Source of the DNA: an uncultured virus (IMG/VR IMGVR_UViG_3300046810_000373)
Taxonomy: Duplodnaviria; Heunggongvirae; Uroviricota; Caudoviricetes; Schitoviridae
Direction: 5' to 3' (one strand)
Virus record (IMG/VR): IMGVR_UViG_3300046810_000373
DNA: 64,000 bases
The position numbers were made by a program, and so were the translations under genes. This document shows, piece after piece, positions 1-9,267 of this stretch; within the stretch, counting starts at the first letter, position 1; every line of letters starts with the position of its first letter. The notes beneath the pieces are model-generated. The model ran no database searches. It saw only the letters and a list, made by a program, of their open reading frames with translations, and had not been told where the DNA came from.

Positions 1-453
1 ATGAACAAGTTGATCTCGGGCAACGAGGTCACCGAGGACAAGGCGGCGCTCTACGCCGGCACGATCACATCCGGCACAGCCGTTGAGTTCATCACCTTCA
101 CCAAGGTGTTCAACGAACTGCCGAGCCTGAAGGAGATCATCCAGGATCCTGAAGGCGTTCCTGTTCCGACCGATCCGGCAACTCGCTTTGCCACAGTCTC
201 GATGCTGATCAGTCAGGTCACGGATGACACCCATGACAAGGAAGGTAAGCTCACCAAGAAGGGCAACTTCGAGCCGATCACGATCTTCGTGAACCGGTGG
301 ACCTCCGAGCTGCGAGTGCTGTTCTTCCGGGGCCTCCTGGTTCAACAGCCCGAGCTTCGCAAGCACCCCATGTTCCGCAAAGCCTTGCTGGAACTCTCCA
401 AGTATCTCCACGATGACGAGGACACCGATGCTGAAGCCAGACGAGCTGCCTGA
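1..453 (+). CDS. C-terminal part of AAA+ ATPase (N4 gp24-like), 5' truncated
   Basis: Helical C-terminal region (GTAVEFITF..LPSLKEII) directly upstream of a metallopeptidase/VWA gene, the usual pairing; Walker motifs lie outside the window. Confidence 0.65.
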   Translation: MNKLISGNEVTEDKAALYAGTITSGTAVEFITFTKVFNELPSLKEIIQDPEGVPVPTDPATRFATVSMLISQVTDDTHDKEGKLTKKGNFEPITIFVNRWTSELRVLFFRGLLVQQPELRKHPMFRKALLELSKYLHDDEDTDAEARRAA

Positions 454-1600
454 ACTGGATTACCGGCGCCTCGATCGCGAACTTGACCGGGTGAAGACGC
501 AAGTCTTCCTTGGCAAGTCGGCAGCTTTCTTTGGCTCCCTGATGTGTTCCCTTCACTTCGAATGGGACAAGTCTTTGCCGACGGCGGGAACCAATGGAAC
601 GTTCATTAAGTGGAACCCTTATTACTTCCACTTTCTTTCGAAAGAAGGCCGCAAATCGATCCTGATGCACGAGCTCCGTCATGTCGCCTATCTCCACCCT
701 TTGAGGAGAGGCACAAGGGATCCGGAGATTTGGAACTACGCCGTCGACACCGTCCTCGACAACGAGATGGATCACGAGGGCTATCCCGTCTCAGGCGAAG
801 CGGTATTTCCGAGAGAGCTCTTTGGGGAAACCACACATACCTTCGTCAACCATGACTGGGATGGTCTTTCGGCCGAGGAGATCTATGACAAGATGATCGC
901 TGATGCGATCCAGGTCCCCCTCGGCTACCGTCCAGATCTCATAGACGAGGGCATCAATCCCCATGCCATGATCAACGGCGTCGTGTCAGCTACCCATGCT
1001 GCCAAGCTCGCCGGCGCCCAGGCCGGGGATATCCCCGGAGATGTCGAGACCACACTCAGGCGCTTCCTCAAGCCCAAGCTGCCCTGGAAGCAGCTCCATG
1101 CCCAGTTCTTCACCCAACTCACCGAGCAGGACTATTCCTGGAGACGGCCCAGCCGGCGCTCCACGAGCATGTACCTGCCCTCGATATTCGAGGATGAAGG
1201 CGGCCTTGAGCACATCGTCTATTTCGAGGATGTCTCAGGATCGGTCACCGACGACGAGGTGGTGCGCTTCAATTCCGAGGTCAAATACGTCTGGGACACC
1301 TTCAAACCTCTGAAGATGTCCCTGGTCCAGTTTGACACCAGGATCACCAAGGAGACCCATTACGATCGCGATGATCCATTCGAGGAAGTCGTCATCGTCG
1401 GCCGCGGCGGAACATCCCTGGTTCCCGTGCGGGATTACATCATCGAGCACAAGCCGACCGCTGTGGTGATCTTCTCCGACTTGCAGTGCAACGCCATGGA
1501 GAAGCTTCCCAGCGATCTCAATGTTCCGATCCTTTGGGTCGCCATCAACAACAGCGGCGCCCAGGTGAACCAGGGTAAGCTCATTCACATTCGCGAATGA
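413..1600 (+). CDS. Metallopeptidase + VWA domain protein (N4 gp25-like, DUF2201-type)
   Basis: HExxH (HELRH), WNYAVD, SWRRPSRR, MIDAS-like DVSGS, GRGGT and VIFSD. Confidence 0.85.
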   Translation: MTRTPMLKPDELPELDYRRLDRELDRVKTQVFLGKSAAFFGSLMCSLHFEWDKSLPTAGTNGTFIKWNPYYFHFLSKEGRKSILMHELRHVAYLHPLRRGTRDPEIWNYAVDTVLDNEMDHEGYPVSGEAVFPRELFGETTHTFVNHDWDGLSAEEIYDKMIADAIQVPLGYRPDLIDEGINPHAMINGVVSATHAAKLAGAQAGDIPGDVETTLRRFLKPKLPWKQLHAQFFTQLTEQDYSWRRPSRRSTSMYLPSIFEDEGGLEHIVYFEDVSGSVTDDEVVRFNSEVKYVWDTFKPLKMSLVQFDTRITKETHYDRDDPFEEVVIVGRGGTSLVPVRDYIIEHKPTAVVIFSDLQCNAMEKLPSDLNVPILWVAINNSGAQVNQGKLIHIRE

Positions 1601-2158
1601 TCAGTGCAGTGTCTCGAGGACAAACCGAACCACTTCATCGGGCGGTAGATCCGTCGGGACCCGATGGACTTCCAGGCCGGGATTTCCGGCCAGAAAACCT
1701 TCCATAGTCAGATCGACGAGCTTGCGGGTTGCAGGTGCCGGATCCCTCACAGGATCCGGTGCCGGCTCCCAGGTTCGGGGCTGGGGGAAGAAGAAGAAAT
1801 GTGAATAAGACCGTAGGTTCTCCTGGACCTGGCTCTCCTTACGAAGCAACCAATCCCGATCGGCAGCCTGGTGATTGCGAACCACGCTATAGGCGTAGTG
1901 ATCCAGCATTGTCCGATCCCAGATCGAATGCAGGCCAAGTTCCTGCTGCTGCTTCCACCAATGGGCCGTGATTGCCTCTTGCAGTTCCATGAGTTGCTCA
2001 GCATTCATCGTCCTTTGGGCAGCCTCGGTAATGCCGCGCTCCTTGAAAATCTCGCGGGCCGAGGACACCGGAATCTTCAGATCCGGATAACTCTCAAGGA
2101 TCGCTTTAAGCACAGTCGTCTTGCCGACGCCGCCTGTTCCACTCATGCCGATCTTCAT
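1601..2158 (-). CDS. P-loop nucleotide kinase-like protein (AAA_28/NadR-Ttd14 type)
   Basis: N-terminal Walker A GTGGVGKTT, DRT..D..AY motif, DPVR lid motif. Confidence 0.75.
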   Translation of the reverse strand: MKIGMSGTGGVGKTTVLKAILESYPDLKIPVSSAREIFKERGITEAAQRTMNAEQLMELQEAITAHWWKQQQELGLHSIWDRTMLDHYAYSVVRNHQAADRDWLLRKESQVQENLRSYSHFFFFPQPRTWEPAPDPVRDPAPATRKLVDLTMEGFLAGNPGLEVHRVPTDLPPDEVVRFVLETLH

Positions 2159-3396
2159 GAAATTGCTCCGTCTGCAACCATCTCTGCGGTGATGATGTTG
2201 CGGCCGACCTCTCCACGTTTTTCGTGGTAGTCGATCCGCTTGGCTGACCGGCCGGAGAGCCAGTTCGAGCCATAGGCATCCGGCGCTGCGAGCGTTTCAT
2301 GCATCTCGACCTCCATGAGATCAGTGCGCTTGAGCTCGTTGGCGTGCTTATGGCCGGTGTGGCAGTAGCTGAACCTGGTTCGTCCGTAGGCCTGGCGGAA
2401 ACGCCCAGCCATCATCGAATCCAGGTTCTTCATGCCACGGCGATGGCCGTGGTGGTAAAACAGCGAAACATCGCCGTGCTCGACCAGGTTATAGGTGCCG
2501 GGATCCGTATCGACCGTGATCCGAGGCTCGTTCTCATAGAGAACTGCGAGCATCTCGCGGAGCCAGACCTCGCCCACCGGATCATGGTTGGCATCCGCCA
2601 TGATCACATGGACATGCTCGTGCTTCTCGAGGAGCATCCTGATGACCTGGCGCACTACTCGGATCGCCACCCGGACCATCTTGGGATAACGACTGTCGGC
2701 ATCCAACAGATGCCCATGCTCAGGCGTGATGCTCTTGAACGAGTCGTAATGGAGAAAATCTCCAAGCTGGGCAAAGACTGCTCGTCCAGATGAGGGCGAC
2801 GAAGCGATCGCCGCGGCGAACCAGTCGACCAGGAGCTTCTCGCCAATCGATAGATCGTAATCACCGCGGCCTGTTTCGACATTCCAGGCCATCGCCCCCA
2901 GATGGCTGTCCGTGATCGTGTATTGGCTCAGCATACTGCCCATGCAGTGCCTGGGAGCCAGGATAGGAACCGATCTCGGGATATCTTCCTTGAGAGCTTC
3001 GACTGCTGCTCTGAAGGCCTGGGCCTGAGCATCCCTGTTTGGCTCGAACCTGGTCCAGTCCTGGATGATTCGGCCTTCGGGATCCCGCTGAACCGTGATC
3101 TTCGCCAGAGTGTGCGTGTCGGGTTTCTCGAAGATCTCACCGGCGGCTTTGCCCTGCTGAATATACTCGCCTTTGAGCGTGCCATCAGCATTGAGCTGTG
3201 TGGTGATCTTTTTGAGAGCGAAGCCCTCGAGCACCGGTTTTGTTCCGAGCTTGCCTTGCTCAGATAGACGGATCGCCATCTTCCGAACTGACTCTCGTCG
3301 GTATCCAGTCATCCTGGAAACTTCGGTGCTGGTATGCCCGGCAAGCAGAAGGCGCTCAATCTCGGCGCGCTGCTCGTTTGTCCAGTGGAGCGACAT
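2155..3396 (-). CDS. N-terminal HTH + calcineurin-like metallophosphoesterase
   Basis: DSHLG, LGDFLH, ANHD, HHGH and TGHKH motifs; HTH-like N-terminus (STEVSRMTGYRRESVRK). Confidence 0.8.
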   Translation of the reverse strand: MSLHWTNEQRAEIERLLLAGHTSTEVSRMTGYRRESVRKMAIRLSEQGKLGTKPVLEGFALKKITTQLNADGTLKGEYIQQGKAAGEIFEKPDTHTLAKITVQRDPEGRIIQDWTRFEPNRDAQAQAFRAAVEALKEDIPRSVPILAPRHCMGSMLSQYTITDSHLGAMAWNVETGRGDYDLSIGEKLLVDWFAAAIASSPSSGRAVFAQLGDFLHYDSFKSITPEHGHLLDADSRYPKMVRVAIRVVRQVIRMLLEKHEHVHVIMADANHDPVGEVWLREMLAVLYENEPRITVDTDPGTYNLVEHGDVSLFYHHGHRRGMKNLDSMMAGRFRQAYGRTRFSYCHTGHKHANELKRTDLMEVEMHETLAAPDAYGSNWLSGRSAKRIDYHEKRGEVGRNIITAEMVADGAIS

Positions 3397-3531
3397 CAGG
3401 CAGATACTCTCATAATGCGGATTGCATTATCTCTGCCTATAATCTCTTATATGCGCAATAAATATCTTGATTGACCCGAAATAAATCGGTAATCAGATTA
3501 TCAGCACTAAACCCAACCTAAAGGCCAGATA

Positions 3532-3996
3532 ATGTCGAAGTGGGATTATCGCTTTCTGGAAGCAGCCGAGCATTTTGCCGGCTGGAGCAAAGATCCGTCG
3601 ACGAAGGTCGGCGCAGTGATCGTCAGACCAGATCGCACGATAGCCAGCATCGGCTACAATGGGTTTTCTCGGGGTGTCGAAGATGATGCCGCCCGCTATG
3701 AAGACCGCGATTTCAAGTATGAGGCGATCGTCCATGGCGAAGTGAACGCCATTCTGGCAGCCCGGGAACCGCTCCTCGGCTGCACGCTCTATACTTGGCC
3801 CCTTCCACCCTGCTCGCGCTGCGCAGCCATGATCATCCAGACGGGGATCATGCGGGTGGTCTCACCGCCGAACGGTAATCCCCGTTTCGCGGATTCGTGC
3901 AAACTCGGTCAAACCCTTTTTCGTGAAGCGCGGATCGAGTGCGTTGAACTTCCCAGCCAACTTGCCCCCGCGCCCGGGCAGGAAACGCCAACATAG
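3532..3996 (+). CDS. dCMP deaminase
   Basis: SKDPSTKVGAVIV, GYNG, HGEVNA and PCSRC zinc motifs. Confidence 0.93.
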   Translation: MSKWDYRFLEAAEHFAGWSKDPSTKVGAVIVRPDRTIASIGYNGFSRGVEDDAARYEDRDFKYEAIVHGEVNAILAAREPLLGCTLYTWPLPPCSRCAAMIIQTGIMRVVSPPNGNPRFADSCKLGQTLFREARIECVELPSQLAPAPGQETPT

Positions 3997-4455
3997 GAGG
4001 CAAATATGCGCTCGTTCTCATTCTGATTGCATCGGCGTCGGCATAGAAAATATTCGGGCGGACGGCCAACGGTGGCCACGCCATGATCGCCTGGCTCTGC
4101 TGAGCCAAAGGAGACCAGATATGCGTTAGCAATGACCTCACACACGCCAGCGTGCTTTTAAACAGGAATCATAGCGGCCTTACAAACCTGATCCCGGGCA
4201 CAGTACCGGAGAAGGCGCCGCAGCCCAAAACTGGTCATCTCATCAAGATCCCGATGATCCACCAGCAATCGTCTAGCTTATACGGCGAGCGCTCGATCAT
4301 AATCTCTCGTGCAAGGCACGGATCCAAGGACACGATCTCAAACGGTCCCGCGAAAGCCTGAGCAGGCGCCGGCGGTAAATGGCAAAGGCTCACCCTCTTC
4401 CTCTGGCCGTTAATTTCAAAGATGCTCCGGGGAACCCCTAACCCCGGAAAACCCC

Positions 4456-4764
4456 ATGCACCCTTCCAAACGACTCTCCGTAGATCCAAAATTTGACACC
4501 CCTAAGGTGTCCGATGGCACCGCGTGTTTTCATATCATCGATAATGATGGGCAAATTATCTGTGCCCACCGTTTTCATTATCCAGCCTATAGCGGTCCTC
4601 TGGATACTCCGGAGTGGTTCACGGCCAATATTAAGATCGCCCAGGGGATAGCAGACGCACTCAGCGCAGCCCCCAACGCGGCGATCGAATATCTCCGACA
4701 ATGTCAACGTGAGGCCAAGCTGCTTCAGGAGCTGGCCGAGAGACCCAAGAAGGACAAGCCGTGA
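4456..4764 (+). CDS. Hypothetical protein
   Basis: ORF overlapping the thyX start (GTGA coupling). Confidence 0.5.
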   Translation: MHPSKRLSVDPKFDTPKVSDGTACFHIIDNDGQIICAHRFHYPAYSGPLDTPEWFTANIKIAQGIADALSAAPNAAIEYLRQCQREAKLLQELAERPKKDKP

Positions 4765-5747
4765 GCTCCTACTCCCCGAAGGATCAGATGTTTGCCAAGG
4801 TGGTTCTGGCCAGCAAGCCGACCAATGGCGCCCCGCCGATCATCACGATCCATGCGCGCTCCCCGCGGATCATTCACGGCGAGATTATGACCCATCGGGT
4901 CTTCAGCCGGAATGCCAGAAGCTCGCGCGCAGTGCCTGTGGCGACAATGCTCAAGGAAATTCGAGAGACGCCATTCGTGCCCTGGCACTGGGGCAAGAAT
5001 CAGAAGGGCATGCAGGCCGGAGAGGATCATAACGAAGAGATCGATTCTTTTGGGTGGGGGCATAATCAGTTCACCGAGCAAACGCGAAGTTCAGCTTGGT
5101 TGATTGCCCGAGATAACGCGGTGATGGCTGCACAGGCATTTGCAAATGCCGGCTATCACAAGCAGATCGTCAATCGCCTGATCGAGCCGTTCTCCTGGAT
5201 CGACACGTTGATCACCTCGACGAGCTGGGCGAACTTCTTTCATCTGCGCGATCACGACATGGCTGAGCCACACTTCCACGACCTGGCTGTGCTGGTGAAG
5301 GAGGCGATCGCCGGCGCCGAACTTCAGACGTTGGAGCCGGGACAGTGGCATCTGCCCTATGTCGACTACAACGACACCGACCCGATCCGCGAGTTTCTAC
5401 ATTCCAGTCTGGGTCGACCTCCGGCTCCGGAGGAGTATCAGGAATCCTACAAGAAGCTCTCGGTCGCCCGCTGCGCTCGCATCTCCTACAAGCCCTTCGA
5501 CGGCGACGGCTCAATCGAGAAGGAGCTGGAGCGCTACGAGATGCTCGTTGGCTCCAGCCCGCTGCACGCTTCACCCGCTGAGCATCAGGCTACGCCGGAC
5601 AAACTTCTCAATCGCACCATCTATTCTGACGAGGGTGATTGGATCGGAAACGATCATGAGTGGGAGAGCCCGCAGCTCGCCGGCAACCTCGGTCCCGGCT
5701 GGATCCAGTTCCGAAAGACCCTGGCCGGCGAATACGTCTCCGACTAA
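4761..5747 (+). CDS. thyX: Flavin-dependent thymidylate synthase (ThyX-like)
   Basis: THRVFSRNARSSR variant of the RHRxxSxxxxSxR motif, HKQIVNRLIEPF, NFFHLR, SVARCARISY, HASPAEH. Confidence 0.9.
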   Translation: MSSYSPKDQMFAKVVLASKPTNGAPPIITIHARSPRIIHGEIMTHRVFSRNARSSRAVPVATMLKEIRETPFVPWHWGKNQKGMQAGEDHNEEIDSFGWGHNQFTEQTRSSAWLIARDNAVMAAQAFANAGYHKQIVNRLIEPFSWIDTLITSTSWANFFHLRDHDMAEPHFHDLAVLVKEAIAGAELQTLEPGQWHLPYVDYNDTDPIREFLHSSLGRPPAPEEYQESYKKLSVARCARISYKPFDGDGSIEKELERYEMLVGSSPLHASPAEHQATPDKLLNRTIYSDEGDWIGNDHEWESPQLAGNLGPGWIQFRKTLAGEYVSD

Positions 5748-5896
5748 ACCTGCGTCGGAATGTCGCAGTAAGGCACAGAACCCTGGATAATCGATCCCAG
5801 ACCGGATTCAAAATCCGGTCTTCGACTTTTGTCTAAAGTCAAGAAAACAATGGTTAATTTGACTTAGATCAAGGCCTCACTTTACCTGATCAAATT

Positions 5897-5940
5897 ACAG
5901 GGGGTGGGCGAGCGATAACCCCCTGTCGGCTATTTTGTTT
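5897..5940 (+). terminator. Intrinsic terminator candidate
   Basis: ACAGGGGGT...ACCCCCTGT stem, then CGGCTATTTTGTTT. Confidence 0.5.
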
Positions 5941-5999
5941 GGAGACTTTCTAATATTTTCAGTTTGCCTCCGGAACAAATCAGGAGCTTAAGTCATTCC

Positions 6000-6146
6000 A
6001 GCTCCAGTGGCAGTCAGAGCGGGTTCAAGAGAAACCGCGGCGGCACCTCAGTCGAAAGACATAGAGACCGGCACAGACACTAGAAGTAAGCCCTTTCGGG
6101 AGGGTTTGATCCCCGCGCATCACCCAAATGCGCGGGGATTTTCTAT
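6000..6146 (+). ncRNA. Candidate structured small RNA
   Basis: No ORF; upstream TTGCCT-N18-TTAAGT; several stems including GTC-GAAA-GAC; ends in a 12-bp hairpin plus T tract. Confidence 0.45.
6109..6146 (+). terminator. Intrinsic terminator
   Basis: ATCCCCGCGCAT-cacccaa-ATGCGCGGGGAT followed by TTTCTAT. Confidence 0.8.
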
Positions 6147-6177
6147 TTAATAGCTGGGATATCAGAAAAGAATATAA

Positions 6178-6414
6178 ATGAATAATGCGCCCAACATTAT
6201 CAAGATAAAGACCAGCAGCCAGGAACGCCTGGAAAACGCGATATCCTCAGATCATCACTCCCGATCCGCATATGTCGGTCGAGTGAAACAGACCGAGACG
6301 GTCACGATTTGGGACGAGAATGGGCAGCCATTTGAAAAAGAGGTTTCCTTTTTAATCTCGTGGGATAGTATCTCGAAAATCCTGAGTTTAGCCCGAGAAA
6401 GGGCCAGGCTCTAA
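6178..6414 (+). CDS. Hypothetical protein
   Basis: 78-aa ORF in the + strand gene run. Confidence 0.55.
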   Translation: MNNAPNIIKIKTSSQERLENAISSDHHSRSAYVGRVKQTETVTIWDENGQPFEKEVSFLISWDSISKILSLARERARL

Positions 6415-6443
6415 ATCCAGATAATATTATGAGATAATAACCC

Positions 6444-6755
6444 ATGACAGCGGCTCCCCCGAGAGCCAATGATCTCGACATCATTGGCCTGAACAGCGTC
6501 GGCCTTTCCCTATCCCGGATTGCCCGGGAATTAGGGGTTCACCACACCACGGTGACCTACCGACTGAAGACACTCAAAATCCCTCCGGCCGACACGCGTC
6601 GAGCGTTTATGGAGGAGATATTCGATGGGCTTTCTCTGGCTCAGCAGCGCTGGTTGATCGACCAGCTCGGATCCGGCCATGCGATCAAGGACCTGATTCG
6701 ATCCCTGCTCGTGAGAGAATTTGTTACGAGATCCCATCCAAAAACAGAACAATGA
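6444..6755 (+). CDS. HTH DNA-binding protein (N4 gp35-like)
   Basis: LSLSRIARELGVHHTTVTYRL HTH and PADTRRAFME; syntenic position. Confidence 0.8.
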   Translation: MTAAPPRANDLDIIGLNSVGLSLSRIARELGVHHTTVTYRLKTLKIPPADTRRAFMEEIFDGLSLAQQRWLIDQLGSGHAIKDLIRSLLVREFVTRSHPKTEQ

Positions 6756-7297
6756 GCACCATGCCTTTGAACGATTCCAATATTCATAGGACGGTAGCCT
6801 GGTTTGAACAGGCATTTCCCAACCCCGTCGAAAAGAATTTCAACACTCAACTCGGCGTGCATTTCGAAGAAATCGCCGAGATGCTGGAAACACTCCAGGG
6901 TACAAGTCGTCTGACCCAGGCCTTGTTTACGCAAGCCCTGGTTGCCATGACGGCTTTGGCCGCCCACCTCAAGACCAACGGAACTGCGGCGCGAATCATC
7001 GACCGCGAAAACTTTCTCGACGGGTTGTGCGACCAGTTGGTTACAGCCTCTGGTGTTGGGTATATGGCCAAAATGGATATTGCCGGGGGTTTTGGCGAGG
7101 TTAATCGGTCGAATTTCTCAAAATTCGATGATAATGGCCGCGCAATTCTTGACAATAATCTAAAGCTGGTCAAAGGTCCGCGTTACTTCAAACCCAATTT
7201 GAAGTCGTTCACCGGAGACTCCCCTGCCCATCCTGCGGCCCACGATAACGTGGCAACTCAGGGTGAGGATCCGCTCAAACTCAAGCGAGGAATGTGA
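6752..7297 (+). CDS. MazG/PRA-PH-like NTP pyrophosphohydrolase
   Basis: EEIAEM..., DGLCDQLVTASG, EVNRSNFSK, KGPRYFKPNL. Confidence 0.85.
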   Translation: MSTMPLNDSNIHRTVAWFEQAFPNPVEKNFNTQLGVHFEEIAEMLETLQGTSRLTQALFTQALVAMTALAAHLKTNGTAARIIDRENFLDGLCDQLVTASGVGYMAKMDIAGGFGEVNRSNFSKFDDNGRAILDNNLKLVKGPRYFKPNLKSFTGDSPAHPAAHDNVATQGEDPLKLKRGM

Positions 7298-7809
7298 TGA
7301 GCGAACCTGATGTCGGTGGTGTTCCCACGACGCAGCGCCTGAGCTTCGGCGCCAATGGCGCTGCGCTCCACCCCACACACCACGATGAGAGCAAGACCAC
7401 CTCGGTGGTCGAGCCGGATACCCCCACACCTATGAGCGCTCCTGAGACCCCTGCGGAAATCCACGAGGAACTCGAGAACTCTATGGCCAAATCTGCTCCC
7501 AACCTGAGCGATCTCACTGTCGACGAGCTCAAGCGCCAGCAGGAGGAGATCGAGCGGGCCATACTCGAGCGACAACAGGCCGAGAAAGGCGCTGTGATCG
7601 CCCAGATCATCGAGGTTGTGAACAATTACAACATCACGATCGAGGAGCTGGTCGAGGCGCTTGGAGGTTTCAAGCCCAAGCGCAAGGGCGTCAAGGCCAT
7701 CGCCAAATATCGGGATCCCGTCTCGGGAACCACATGGTCTGGCCGCGGGAAAGAACCCACCTGGATGCGAGGTCACCCCCGGGACATGTTCCTGATCAAG
7801 GACGAATAG
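7294..7809 (+). CDS. hns: H-NS family nucleoid protein
   Basis: Coiled-coil oligomerisation region (LTVDELKRQQEEIE...ITIEEL) and C-terminal KYRDP..TWSGRGKEPTW signature; alternative start at 7483. Confidence 0.9.
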   Translation: MMSEPDVGGVPTTQRLSFGANGAALHPTHHDESKTTSVVEPDTPTPMSAPETPAEIHEELENSMAKSAPNLSDLTVDELKRQQEEIERAILERQQAEKGAVIAQIIEVVNNYNITIEELVEALGGFKPKRKGVKAIAKYRDPVSGTTWSGRGKEPTWMRGHPRDMFLIKDE

Positions 7810-7840
7810 CCCCCTAGCCACGTCTCGGTTCAGTGAAGTG

Positions 7841-7875
7841 AGCCCCCGCTCCCGATAACGGAGCGGGGGCTTTTC
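7841..7875 (+). terminator. Intrinsic terminator after hns
   Basis: AGCCCCCGCTCC-cgataac-GGAGCGGGGGCT then TTT. Confidence 0.85.
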
Positions 7876-7939
7876 TGTATTTACCCAAATGATTTTCAGT
7901 GATAATCAAACTTAATAAGCCCAAAAATCAGAGCCCAAC

Positions 7940-9238
7940 ATGACCGTGACGATTTCCGACCTGAATCCGGGTCAGCAGAAGGCTGCTGATGCGTTCTTCG
8001 AGTTTCTGTTTTCGGACGATCGAGAGTTCATCATTTCCGGGCCCGCCGGCGTCGGCAAGACCCATCTGATGACCTACATCATCGACCAGACAATGCCCCG
8101 CTATCTCGAGACCTGTAAGCTCCTCGGAATCCCGGCCGAGTATGACGAAGTTGTCATGACCGCCACCACGAACAAGGCGGCCGAAGTTCTGGCTCAGGCC
8201 ACCAAGCGCCCCACCTCAACGGTGCATTCCTTCCTGTCTCTCAAAGTCAAGGACGATTACGCCACGGGCGGCACAACCCTGACCAAGACCCGTCAGTGGA
8301 AGGTTCACGAGCGGAAGATCCTCTTCGTCGACGAATGCTCCATGATCGATACCCCCCTCTGGATGGCGATCCAGGAAGGATTGATCAAATCCAAGATCGT
8401 CTACGTCGGAGACCATTCCCAGTTGGCTCCGGTCACTGAGGCCTTGAGCCCCATCTACAAGCACGATTCCCCCTTCTTCGAGCTTACCCAGCCGATGCGG
8501 AACGCCAATCAGCCGGCGCTCATGGCTGTTTGCCAGCAGCTCCGGGAGACCGTGCAGACCGGGGAGTTCAAGCCGATCCGGATTGTGCCTGGTGTCATCG
8601 ACCATCTCGACGACTATCAGATGCAGCAGACGATCGATGTGGCCTTCCAGGAGCAGACCCACCAGGCGCGCATACTCGGCTACACCAACCGTCGCGTCGT
8701 CGAGTATAATGATCACATCCGCGGTCTGCGCTCCCTATCCCGAGAATTCCAGGTCGGCGAGCTCCTGGTGAACACCAGCGCAATCCAGCTTTCCAATGCC
8801 ATGCTGCCAGTGGAAGCAGGGGTGGAGATCACCTGCAATCGCGGAGCCAGCACGGTCAATATCGCTCCCGATGTCGACTTGCTCGTCAATCACCTGGATT
8901 TCAAAGCGGACTGCGGCGAGGTCTTCACCAATGTTCCGACGTTTGTCGACCGGGATCATTTCGACGCCCTGGTCAAATATTACGGCAAGCAGAAGAACTG
9001 GGATCGCTATTTCTTCCTGAAGAACAGCTTTGTCGATCTTCGGCCTCGAGATGCGGCCACCGTGCACAAATCCCAGGGCTCAAGCTATGACGCGGTCTTC
9101 GTAGACCTTGGAAACATCTCGACCTGTCATCAGTCCGACCAGGTTGCGCGCATGCTTTATGTCGCGTTTTCCCGCGCTCGTTCGCGCGTCTTCATGTATG
9201 GGGATTTATCTCCAAAATACGGAGGATTAATCTCTTAA
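7940..9238 (+). CDS. SF1 DNA helicase (Dda/RecD-like, N4 gp37-like)
   Basis: GPAGVGKT, VDECSM, VGDHSQL, TVHKSQGS, LYVAFSRAR. Confidence 0.93.
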   Translation: MTVTISDLNPGQQKAADAFFEFLFSDDREFIISGPAGVGKTHLMTYIIDQTMPRYLETCKLLGIPAEYDEVVMTATTNKAAEVLAQATKRPTSTVHSFLSLKVKDDYATGGTTLTKTRQWKVHERKILFVDECSMIDTPLWMAIQEGLIKSKIVYVGDHSQLAPVTEALSPIYKHDSPFFELTQPMRNANQPALMAVCQQLRETVQTGEFKPIRIVPGVIDHLDDYQMQQTIDVAFQEQTHQARILGYTNRRVVEYNDHIRGLRSLSREFQVGELLVNTSAIQLSNAMLPVEAGVEITCNRGASTVNIAPDVDLLVNHLDFKADCGEVFTNVPTFVDRDHFDALVKYYGKQKNWDRYFFLKNSFVDLRPRDAATVHKSQGSSYDAVFVDLGNISTCHQSDQVARMLYVAFSRARSRVFMYGDLSPKYGGLIS

Positions 9239-9267
9239 TAATCCATAAGAGATTAAGGAGAAAATAC

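Noticed and set aside
3997..4455. Possible small gene or pseudogene after dCMP deaminase
   Set aside because: GGAGG-ATG at 4006 gives only a 6-codon ORF; other frames are interrupted or featureless
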